DNA of 61,074 bases, counting the filler, from a bacterium (GTDB taxonomy: Bacteria; UBP15; UBA6099; JAJRTR01), in the NCBI GenBank assembly GCA_024278215.1. It is 6 parts of 6 records of this genome, joined end to end, with 100 filler letters (N's around TTAATTAATTAA, not from the genome) between each part and the next. Parts side by side here need not be neighbours in the genome. Positions count along the whole stretch, not along the records: positions 15,230 to 31,595 come from JAJRTR010000119.1; 5 more parts are not named here. One strand, written 5' to 3'. The notes under the pieces were generated by a model that saw only the letters and a list, made by a program, of their open reading frames with translations, searched no databases and was not told the DNA's origin. Numbering within the stretch: the stretch's first letter is position 1; every line of letters begins with the position of its first letter. Made by a program: the position numbers and the translations under genes. This document shows positions 20,657 to 29,108 of this stretch, piece after piece.

Positions 20657-21742
20657 CTAATCCTTGACACCGACAACAAGCCACGCCCGCGCAAGATTTC
20701 TCGTGACCGGGCTCATGCTGAAAACACTCTCCATCGCCCTCAACCGTGTTCTGATCGTCCTTTTAGACAACTTGCTCTCAGACACCGCCTTATTGAAAGG
20801 ACCATCAGCGATATAATGGCAGCCGACGATTCGTACCCTGCTGAGACCGGCCTCCGCAGCCATTTTTCTTAATTCCTCTTTCGAGAAATAACGAACATAT
20901 AATTCTTCCTCGATTTGAACCCGATCGTCACCAAGAAGTTTCAGCAGATCATACCCCTTCAAAGCCGGATCGGCAAGCGCCGCGCCGAGCTTGTTCTCCA
21001 TAGAAAAAGCGACCCAGCCGCCCGGTTTCACCCTATCGACAATGCCGCGCAAAGCAACTCCGGGACTGCGCAGATAACATAAAACCTCGAAAGCCACAGC
21101 AGCATCGTATGTCTTCCCGCAAAGAAAATCCAACTTCCCCACATCAGCCCACGCAATATCGTAACTACCCGGACTCGCCTCCGCAAGATGCTTCCACGCA
21201 ACCTTCAGCGCCGTCCACGAAGCATCTACAACCAGCACATCGCAGCCCCTTCGCACAAGCGGCACAGCCGCACGTCCCACACCTCCGCCGACATCCAGCA
21301 CACGGCTGCCCATCACCAGGCCACTCATCTCACGGCGCAGCAACCGCTCATATATCTCCCACTGATATTTCTTCCTGTTATGTACAGGAGACCCCGGATC
21401 AAGGAAATCGTTGAACTCGGGAAACTCCAGCCACTCCCTCTCATACGCGAAAGTATTCCACCACTGGTGATCGCGGCCACACAAAAGACGCGCCTCCTCG
21501 CCACCCCCGCGAAGCGTCTCCAGATCAGGCGACATCGGTTGCCACAAAACATCAATATGCCCATTGCCCGCCAGAGTGCCAAGCCCGTCGAGCACTTGCT
21601 TCCCGGAAATACCCGCTGCCTCGTACACAGCGCATACATCGTCAATAGAGTCTCCTTCAGAAATATGATCGAGAAGATCGCGCAATGGCCCATCATACGA
21701 CACGGAATCAATCGGAACAAGTTCAACATTTTTTAAAAACAC
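20657..21742 (-). CDS. Class I SAM-dependent methyltransferase with an N-terminal extension
   Basis: RVLDVGGGVGR, VVDAS, YDAAVAFEVLCY, VKPGGWV. Confidence 0.85.
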   Translation of the reverse strand: MFLKNVELVPIDSVSYDGPLRDLLDHISEGDSIDDVCAVYEAAGISGKQVLDGLGTLAGNGHIDVLWQPMSPDLETLRGGGEEARLLCGRDHQWWNTFAYEREWLEFPEFNDFLDPGSPVHNRKKYQWEIYERLLRREMSGLVMGSRVLDVGGGVGRAAVPLVRRGCDVLVVDASWTALKVAWKHLAEASPGSYDIAWADVGKLDFLCGKTYDAAVAFEVLCYLRSPGVALRGIVDRVKPGGWVAFSMENKLGAALADPALKGYDLLKLLGDDRVQIEEELYVRYFSKEELRKMAAEAGLSRVRIVGCHYIADGPFNKAVSESKLSKRTIRTRLRAMESVFSMSPVTRNLARAWLVVGVKD

Positions 21743-21877
21743 GCAGGAAATCTAACACATATCGAGCACAAATCGCAAGCAAAGAGTCATTTTCACGGCA
21801 GTATGTAATAAATGGAGGTGAGTATGGTTGAGGCCGGGCCGGCACCTTCCTTTACTTACATAACGAGATAATGTAAG

Positions 21878-23461
21878 ATGAAATCCGCTGTGGCGATTTA
21901 CTCAAACAGACAGGGCAAAGAACCGCGTCTCCGGATGTACAACCATAATTATTTACCCTTGAAAATTTTTCTGTTTTTCATGTTGCTGTATATGTTCACA
22001 GCCTCGGGACACATGTACGTGCAGGACGAAAGGACGCGGTTCGACGTCACGCGCGCCATTATCGAGCACGGCACTCTGGCCATCGAGCGGGGTGATGGCG
22101 ATATTGCACGCAACGGAAAGCTGTACAGCAAGTACGGGCTTGGTCAGTCCTTGCTCGCCGTTCCATTTTATGCGGTTGGCCGCATTGTGCAAAAAACACT
22201 GTTTCCCACCGAACCATACGTAGCACAACTGGGCGTGTGTTTTTTCAATATCGTGATCACAGCTATGACCGCGGCCCTGATGTACCTGTTTCTGATGCGG
22301 CTGGGGCACGGGCCGCGCGCCGCCTTTGCCGCCGTGTTGCTATATGGAACCTGCACCATGGCCTGGCCCTACACGCAAACATTTTTTACCGAACCTCTGG
22401 CCGCGCTGTTTTTGCTGGGGGCTGCTTATTTCATGGTATTTGGGGGTGAGTCCCCTGATAAGGGTCTGGCAACGGGCGCGATGCTGGGGGGTGCGTTTCT
22501 CACCCGTGCCGACACGGCAGTGGCTATCGCAGTGTTCGGGTTGCTTATGTTTATACGCTGGGTCAGACGGCCCAGCGCCCGCATGACTGCGGTCGCGGCC
22601 GCGGCGTTCGCTCCCATAGCCGCTGCCGTTGGACTGCAATTGACATATAACTGGTGGCGATTCGGCAATGTTATGAACTTCGGTTATCATGGGGAGAGCT
22701 TCACGAGTCCCCTGTCTGAAGGCCTTAGCGGACTGTTGATCAGCACCGGCAAAGGCCTGTTTTTCTTCTCCCCGGCGGTTCTGCTGAGCGTCCTTGGGTT
22801 CGCCCACCTTTTCCGGCGAAATCGCGCGGCGGCGTTTCTTTGCGTTGCGCCTCTGACAGCGTCCCTTTTCGAGTATGGCCGATGGAATCTGTGGGGTGGA
22901 GACCTTAGTTGGGGACCTCGCTATCTTGTCACCTTCCTGCCTCTGGCCATTATACCCGCGGTCGAATACATAACCCGCTTGAACTCTGGCATGACCGCTG
23001 TCAAAAAAAGTCTGCTCGCCATCGTGGTGGCCGTTGCACTCTGTGTCAATGTTCTGGGCCTGTCCGTGAATTTCCATGTATACACGGACCTGCTGGCCAA
23101 GACCTCAGACCGGTTCGAGGGCTCGAACGGTATGATGCTGGCTATTTATTTCAATCCGCGTTTTTCACCCATCGCCGGACATGCGGAAATACTCCGTATT
23201 ATGGCAACCGGTGACCGGACATCCCGCATGTTCAACCCGGACGGGAATCCGGATATAGCTGCCGCCCTGACCGCGAACAAAGTCCCGGATTTCTGGTGGG
23301 CGTTCTATCTGGACAAATACCAAAACAACCCGAAACGGCTTTTATTTGTGCTCGGAACGCTGGCGCTTATTGCAACGGCTCTGGCCGCTTCGGTTCTGTG
23401 GCTGATGCGCGACCCGGCACTTGCTTCAGGCAGCTCCCCGATCAGGAATATTCCTGAATAA
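21878..23461 (+). CDS. GT-C fold glycosyltransferase-like membrane protein (paralogue of 57000-58670; start may be 21935)
   Basis: QDE after TM1, SKYGLGQS, WPYTQTFFTEP, YNWWRFG, GLLISTGKGLFFFSP, WGGDLSWGPRYL, FSPIAGH, DFWW. Confidence 0.75.
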   Translation: MKSAVAIYSNRQGKEPRLRMYNHNYLPLKIFLFFMLLYMFTASGHMYVQDERTRFDVTRAIIEHGTLAIERGDGDIARNGKLYSKYGLGQSLLAVPFYAVGRIVQKTLFPTEPYVAQLGVCFFNIVITAMTAALMYLFLMRLGHGPRAAFAAVLLYGTCTMAWPYTQTFFTEPLAALFLLGAAYFMVFGGESPDKGLATGAMLGGAFLTRADTAVAIAVFGLLMFIRWVRRPSARMTAVAAAAFAPIAAAVGLQLTYNWWRFGNVMNFGYHGESFTSPLSEGLSGLLISTGKGLFFFSPAVLLSVLGFAHLFRRNRAAAFLCVAPLTASLFEYGRWNLWGGDLSWGPRYLVTFLPLAIIPAVEYITRLNSGMTAVKKSLLAIVVAVALCVNVLGLSVNFHVYTDLLAKTSDRFEGSNGMMLAIYFNPRFSPIAGHAEILRIMATGDRTSRMFNPDGNPDIAAALTANKVPDFWWAFYLDKYQNNPKRLLFVLGTLALIATALAASVLWLMRDPALASGSSPIRNIPE

Positions 23462-23655
23462 TCACAAAGAAATCCGAAAAACCGCGGTAACGCCTATTTT
23501 ACGCCCGTTGCGGCGGCGATTCGGGATCGGTCGCATACCCGCATTTTGCGCAGGAAGGCCGGTGCGGCCGGCTGCTCCCTCACCACTCACTTGCCGCGCC
23601 TTGTATCATTGGCATTCTCATGATTTTCAATCCGCATCGGCGGAATAGTGGGATA
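23451..23655 (+). repeat. Family B intergenic element, degenerate copy
   Basis: Shares the core GGCTGCTCCC(T/A)CACCACTCACTTGCCGCGCCTTGT with 24991-25193 and 35014-35218. Confidence 0.8.
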
Positions 23656-23682
23656 AGAAAAAGGTGGAATATAAAAAAACTG

Positions 23683-23941
23683 GTATCCGTTCACGGGTAA
23701 CTGTTCGCAACAGTACGTCTGAAATTTCTGGAATGCAACGACTGTGTCGTTGCAACTGTGAAGAAGTCGCATTTCGTAAAAACTGATGTTTTTGCATTCC
23801 AGAATTTTCTGATAGTGCCGATGAAACTCCCCGGAGCAAGTCCGGGGTATCAAAATCCGTGGGTTGTCATTCTGAGCGCAACGGAGAATCTCCAGGTGTT
23901 TAAAGTATCATTCCCAATGCCATCCCTCCGTGAACAATTAC
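23683..23941 (+). mobile_element. Family D element, apparently complete (imperfect 14-bp TIR, possible 8-bp target duplication)
   Basis: Left end GTATCCGTTCACGG vs right end CCGTGAACAATTAC (11/14 complementary); flanks AAAAACTG and AAAAGCTG (7/8). Confidence 0.6.
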
Positions 23942-24033
23942 AAAAGCTGAATACTGAATCAGGATGTGGGCTTCCGGATAATGGTCTAAAAACGTGAAGA
24001 GTTGTTATGACCCCTTCGTTCGGATATGCTCAC

Positions 24034-24759
24034 TTATGGAACGAAGAAATGCTTGAGTTTGCGGGCGAAATGGTGTTCGAGTTTCAGCGTTGCAAGAAAA
24101 TTTTTCAGGCCGAAACCGGTGCACAACACGCCGATAACTATCAACGAGATGTCGAAGATGGACCACTGGCTGCGACCGAAATAGCGCATCAGGCCGATGC
24201 CGAAGGTAGTGAAAGCGAGGCCGGTGCGGATGAAGGCGAGTTCAGTCCTGCCCCTGGCGAGCAGAGAGCGGTAGCATGAAAGGTCTGTGCGGCTTGAAGC
24301 GAGACCGGTGCGGTCATTGGCAAGTCTGGTGCGTTTGTCGGCAAGATCTGTGCGTCCCTGTGAAAGGGCGGTGCGTTTACGTGCCATCCCGGTGCGCTCG
24401 TCTGCGAGGCTGGTACGCCTGTCGGCAAGGGCGGTGCGTTTTTCAGATAGGTCGGTACGTTTGCGCGCCATTCCGGTGCGGTCATCAGATAATTTTGTGC
24501 GGTATTCGGATAATTCGGTGCTTTTTCTGCTGGCTCTCGTCTGTTCTTTGGCTAGTGTGTTTCGTTCCTCTGCCAAGTGTGTGCGCACATCGGCGTTGTT
24601 TGTGCGGCGGTTGGCATATTCGGTACGTTTTTCGGCGAGTTTGATAAGGTTGGATGTAAGCCTGTTTTCCTCATGTGAAAGCTCTATAAGAGTCTTGGCG
24701 ATCTGGGGAAGATCAACCCCCCTGCCACCTCCGGCTGCACGTTCATTTTCTTCAGTCAT
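24034..24759 (-). CDS. DUF202 (YidH-like) membrane protein with about 20 tandem RT-containing heptads
   Basis: xL(A/S)xxRT repeated from KLAEKRT to ELAFIRT, then GLAFTTFGIGL and a second TM segment; GGAGG RBS. Confidence 0.85.
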   Translation of the reverse strand: MTEENERAAGGGRGVDLPQIAKTLIELSHEENRLTSNLIKLAEKRTEYANRRTNNADVRTHLAEERNTLAKEQTRASRKSTELSEYRTKLSDDRTGMARKRTDLSEKRTALADRRTSLADERTGMARKRTALSQGRTDLADKRTRLANDRTGLASSRTDLSCYRSLLARGRTELAFIRTGLAFTTFGIGLMRYFGRSQWSIFDISLIVIGVLCTGFGLKNFLATLKLEHHFARKLKHFFVP

Positions 24760-24990
24760 CCGGGAATACCTCCTTATTTATTTTTTCTATTCATTAGCTC
24801 ACTTTACAGACACTTGAGGGTCATAAGCCTTTTGCAAGAGGCTGCTACGAAGATCAATATCTTTTTATTGCCATATTTCGTGTTCGCGCGATTATCAAAA
24901 CTTAGAACCGCAACGGTGGCCCGTGCCGGCGCAGTGGACAAAAGTAGTCCTGATCGAATTGTCATAGCCTATGCTGTTTAAGGATAGCAT

Positions 24991-25193
24991 TATCCCGGAT
25001 TTCTCACAAAGAAACCCGGAAAAATCACGATAACGCATGTTCTACTGCGTTGCGTCGGCGATTCGGGAACGGTCGCATACCTGCATTTTGCACAAGAGGC
25101 CGGCTGCTCCCACACCACTCACTTGCCGCGCCTTGTGTTATATTACAGGCATTCTCCTGATTTTTGGCCCACATTGGTGAAATATGTGGGTTA
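24991..25193 (+). repeat. Family B intergenic element
   Basis: Bounded by hairpins CCCGGATTTCTCACAAAGAAACCCGG and CCCACATTGGTGAAATATGTGGG; another degenerate end hairpin lies at about 25316-25345. Confidence 0.85.
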
Positions 25194-25509
25194 TTTATAA
25201 CAATCAGCTTCCACAGGCATATTTGATTATATGCTATGGAACTGTGCAGTCAAGGATTTTCATTCCTGTGTTCGAATGTTTCGTAGTGGTTATGAAATCC
25301 TGCTGTTTTGCCTGCCCCGGATTCCGTTGTGAGAAATCCGGGGTAGCGGGACCTTTTGCGCCACGTACCATTTCTTTTGCTGATAAGCTGGACAAAAGGG
25401 GGAAAGGGTGTAGAATAAGGTGTTTCGGCCACGGCGCGTTTACGTCAGGCGGCGATTGGGCCGGATTTTTTTTGTGCAAATTTGAAGTTACGGAAGTGAA
25501 TGAGAAGCG

Positions 25510-27582
25510 ATGAAAGTAAATGAACTGAAAAAAACAAGAAACATCGGTATTGTGGCGCATATCGACGCGGGCAAGACTACGACGACCGAAAGAATTCTTT
25601 TCTATACCGGCAAACTCCACCGTTTCGGCACTGTGGACGAAGGAACCGCGACAATGGACTGGATGGAACAGGAGCAGGAACGCGGCATAACGATAACCTC
25701 GGCTGCTACATACTGCACATGGAAAGATCATTCGATAAATATTATCGATACGCCCGGGCATGTCGACTTCACTGTGGAGGTCGAAAGGTCGATGCGCGTG
25801 CTGGACGGACTGGTTGTCGTCTTCTGCGCGGTGGGCGCGGTGCAGCCGCAGACGGAGACTGTCTGGAGGCAGGCCGATAAGTATAAGATACCACGAGTTA
25901 TCTTTGTTAATAAGATGGACCGCACCGGCGCGGATTACCGCAGGTGCATGGACCAGATACGAAAGAAATTCGGTGTTTCCGTCGCGCCGCTGACGATTCC
26001 TTATTTTGTGGAAGACAAACTGGCCGGTGTGGCGGACCTTGTGAAGATGCAACTCGAGATAAACGACGGCGAGTGCGAAGAAGGCCGCAGATGGGTCCCG
26101 CTTCCTGCCGACCTTGCCGGGCACGCCGCTGTGTGCCGCGCAGATTTGCTCGAGACGCTTTCGGACTTCAGCGACGAGATCGCCGAAAAGTATCTCGACG
26201 ACGCCGAGATTTCGGAAAAGGAAATTTATGCCGCCGTTCGCAGGGCGACTATAGAAAACAGGTTCGCGCCGGTTTTCTGCGGTACTTCGGCGAAAGATGT
26301 CGGCGTCCAGTCGCTGCTTGACGCTGTTGTGCGTTATCTCCCATCGCCGCTGGATGTTCCGGCTGTGTCGGGCGTCAACAATAAAACCGGCGAAATATGT
26401 GTGCGTCATGCCGATGATTCGGAGCCGTTTTCGGCGCTCGCTTTTAAGATCGCAAGGGAACCGCATGTCGGGCACATAACATACCTGCGTGTTTATTCGG
26501 GCAGCATAAAAAAGAACTCGAGAGTATACAACGCCGGCATCGGGAAAATGGATCGTGTTTCGCGAATCCTGCGGATGCACGCCAACAGGCGCGAAGACCT
26601 CGACGAGCTTTCGGCAGGTTCGATAGGCGCGGTTATCGGCTTAAAAACTGTCGGCACAGGCGACACGCTGTCGGCGGAAAACGATCCGATAACTCTCGAA
26701 AACATTACATTCCCGGAACCGGTGATCTCGGTATCAATCGAGCCGGAGAAAAAGGGCGATTACCAGAAGATGTCGGCCGCTCTGCATGATCTGGCGACAG
26801 AAGACCCGACCTTTAAATCCGAGATCAACGCCGACCTCGAGCAGACTATCATCTCCGGTATGGGCGAGTTGCATCTCGAGATCATCACCGACAGGCTGAA
26901 GCGCGAATTCGGCGTTATGACGAATACCGGAAGGCCGAAGGTCGCTTTCAAGGAGACCGCCGGCAAAACAGTCGAGGCCGAGGGCAGCTATGTGAAACAG
27001 AGCGGCGGCAGCGGCCATTTCGGGAAGGTGCTTCTGCGCGTGGCACCGCTGCCTCCGGGCGATGGTTTTGTTTTCGACAACGAAGTGCGCCGCGGCGAGA
27101 TTCCCCAGGAGTATTTCGGTTCGGTGCAGAGAGGCGTCGAGCAGGCACTCAAAAAGGGCGTGCTGGGCGATTACCCGGTTATTGACGTACATGTCACGTT
27201 GCTCGGCGGCGCATTCCACGAAGTCGATTCCAACGAACAGGCTTTCAGAATAGCGGCTTCCATTGCATTCAGAAACGCGCTCAAGAAGTCCGGCGCTATC
27301 CTCAAGGAACCCATTATGAAAGTGGAAATAACAGTGCCCGAGGATTATGTCGGCAACGTAATGCAGGACATAAGCTCGCGCCGGGGAAAGCTGGCGGAGA
27401 TGGAAACTCTACCGGGGAACGTCAGGCAGATTTCGACCTTTGTTCCCCTCTCGGAGATGTTCGGGTACTCGACCATCATCCGCAACCGTACTCAGGGCCG
27501 GGGCAGCTTCTCGATGGAGTTCCACAGCTACCGCAAAGTTCCCAAAAGTGTATCAGACGAAATGGTGAAAAAGGGCGCATAG
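25510..27582 (+). CDS. fusA: Elongation factor G paralogue (not in an str operon)
   Basis: AHIDAGKTTTTERILFYTG, ERGITI, DTPGHVDF, NKMD, GMGELHL, KQSGG, PLSEMFGY...TQGRG. Confidence 0.95.
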   Translation: MKVNELKKTRNIGIVAHIDAGKTTTTERILFYTGKLHRFGTVDEGTATMDWMEQEQERGITITSAATYCTWKDHSINIIDTPGHVDFTVEVERSMRVLDGLVVVFCAVGAVQPQTETVWRQADKYKIPRVIFVNKMDRTGADYRRCMDQIRKKFGVSVAPLTIPYFVEDKLAGVADLVKMQLEINDGECEEGRRWVPLPADLAGHAAVCRADLLETLSDFSDEIAEKYLDDAEISEKEIYAAVRRATIENRFAPVFCGTSAKDVGVQSLLDAVVRYLPSPLDVPAVSGVNNKTGEICVRHADDSEPFSALAFKIAREPHVGHITYLRVYSGSIKKNSRVYNAGIGKMDRVSRILRMHANRREDLDELSAGSIGAVIGLKTVGTGDTLSAENDPITLENITFPEPVISVSIEPEKKGDYQKMSAALHDLATEDPTFKSEINADLEQTIISGMGELHLEIITDRLKREFGVMTNTGRPKVAFKETAGKTVEAEGSYVKQSGGSGHFGKVLLRVAPLPPGDGFVFDNEVRRGEIPQEYFGSVQRGVEQALKKGVLGDYPVIDVHVTLLGGAFHEVDSNEQAFRIAASIAFRNALKKSGAILKEPIMKVEITVPEDYVGNVMQDISSRRGKLAEMETLPGNVRQISTFVPLSEMFGYSTIIRNRTQGRGSFSMEFHSYRKVPKSVSDEMVKKGA

Positions 27583-27801
27583 AAACAATGCTCGTCCGCC
27601 TTTTATTTCTGAAACTTGTGTTAATACAGAGATTTTGTAAGAATTTCGTGGACATGACCGGCATTTGCCCTTTATTTCCGGATCGTCCCTATGCCTGACC
27701 CCATACGGCACGATTCCTTCGCCGCCGGGACCGGTATCATCCGGCGAACCCCAGCCTTCAATTTCAAAGGGATCAATGCCCCATCCGTAGTCTTCATCCA
27801 T
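27553..27801 (-). CDS. Small hypothetical protein (phage or island-like)
   Basis: Strong SD GAGGTG 7 nt before the ATG; contains CxxC. Its 3' end overlaps the fusA stop, so it may be a truncated remnant. Confidence 0.35.
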   Translation of the reverse strand: MDEDYGWGIDPFEIEGWGSPDDTGPGGEGIVPYGVRHRDDPEIKGKCRSCPRNSYKISVLTQVSEIKGGRALFLCALFHHFV

Positions 27802-27828
27802 TGCAGATCACCTCATTTCGGGGGGGAA

Positions 27829-27885
27829 ATAAAAAAGCCCGGCAATTCAACGGAACGTGAATATTCCGTTCAATCACCGGGCTTG
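27829..27885 (-). terminator. Long intrinsic-terminator-like hairpin with a U-tract, upstream of the 27801 ORF
   Basis: Minus strand AAGCCCGGTGATTGAACGGAA-tattcacg-TTCCGTTGAATTGCCGGGCTTTTTTATTT. Confidence 0.6.
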
Positions 27886-27950
27886 AAATCAATGCTTCCG
27901 GACTGGTTGCCGGGCTTGATTATTCAATACTACCGGACTTTCAGATAAAA

Positions 27951-28217
27951 TTACAATAGTTTCTCAAGCATTCTGAATATTTGGTTATACCTTTTTCTTT
28001 TTACCGATAATTCATCTCTTCCTTCATCTTGAGCTCTTCTAATATTAGCCTCAACTGCAGCCTTCAGATTGTTTATCTGAGCAGTTATGGATTTTGATTG
28101 TTCTTGGAAGTCCAACTCTTCAAATGTCTTGGTATTGTTCTGATGCTCTCCTGATCTTGATCTCACTTTGCGCTCCCTGAATTGTTTATGGCTGAACACC
28201 AAAAACAGTATTTTCAT
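27951..28217 (-). CDS. AT-rich small hypothetical helical protein
   Basis: 88-aa ORF, visibly lower GC than the flanking genes; no recognised motif. Confidence 0.45.
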   Translation of the reverse strand: MKILFLVFSHKQFRERKVRSRSGEHQNNTKTFEELDFQEQSKSITAQINNLKAAVEANIRRAQDEGRDELSVKRKRYNQIFRMLEKLL

Positions 28218-28669
28218 TAGTTACAAAAACAACATTAGTGACTTTTCCACTAAAATGCTTGCCGCTATAAGATTCGTCTTTCTTTTGAACCGGAATAAAG
28301 ACTGAGGCTCCCCCCTTTGGTTGGACAGAAAATGGGGGTTTTTAAGGTGGGGTTGGGGGGTGGTTTTAGTCTTTGGCAGTTAAGGTTTTTAGCCTTTGTT
28401 TTTGCCGGTTCTCACGCACGCATGATGCGTGCGCACGCACGGATGTGCGCGAGCGTACACGTGTGAGAGCGAAAGGCTTTTTCCCAAGTCCCCACATTCG
28501 GTTATTTCGCTTTGTCACCTCCTGTCATCCGGTGGTTTCCTCTCCGTAAAACGACTCTGTTTTCCTCTGTGGCGCGTTTTCGTTTGTGTGGCCATAATAT
28601 CCTTCCACTGACGTTTTGCAAGCCCTGCGGCGCAATTTGAGCGCCTCAGTTGATGTACACCTGGAAAAA

Positions 28670-28986
28670 TAGGGGCAGTCACCTATTTACGAACATTTCA
28701 TGCCCAGGCAATAGGCTTGGGCATGGCACACTTTTTGATTTGTTTTTCTGTGGGTCAGTCTGAGGAATGTTTTTATTTGTAGGGACACGGCATGCCGTGT
28801 CCGCCGGCATTTATACAGACTCCCAAGCGTAGCTCAGGGGTGCCACCCACGCCACGAATCATCAAACCATTCCGTTTCTTTTATCCGCGTTTATCAGATT
28901 TTAATCCGTGTCCAAAAAAGGTTTTTGATTTTATAATCTGTGTAAATCCGCGTTAATCTGCTCAGCGACAACATGTTGTCGCTTAC
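28670..28986. repeat. Mosaic of different short REP-like palindromes
   Basis: AGGGGCAGTCACC; ATGCCCAGGC-aatag-GCTTGGGCAT; GTAGGGACACGGCATGCCGTGTCC; GGGGTGCCACCC; ATC(C/T)GYG units; perfect 20-bp palindrome AGCGACAACATGTTGTCGCT (28964-28983). Confidence 0.6.
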
Positions 28987-29108
28987 GGCGCGATAAGGGT
29001 CTGATAGTTTTGTAAAGACTGCTATGATTGTTACGAATAATTGCAATAACAGCTTTTTTTTGCTACATTAGTTTCCTTGTGCAAAAAATGGATTCCGGAG
29101 TTAATGAA

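Noticed and set aside
24287-24817. Plus-strand repetitive ORF (VRLSARS...)
   Set aside because: Mirror of the DUF202 heptad repeats; the minus-strand gene has the RBS and TM domain.
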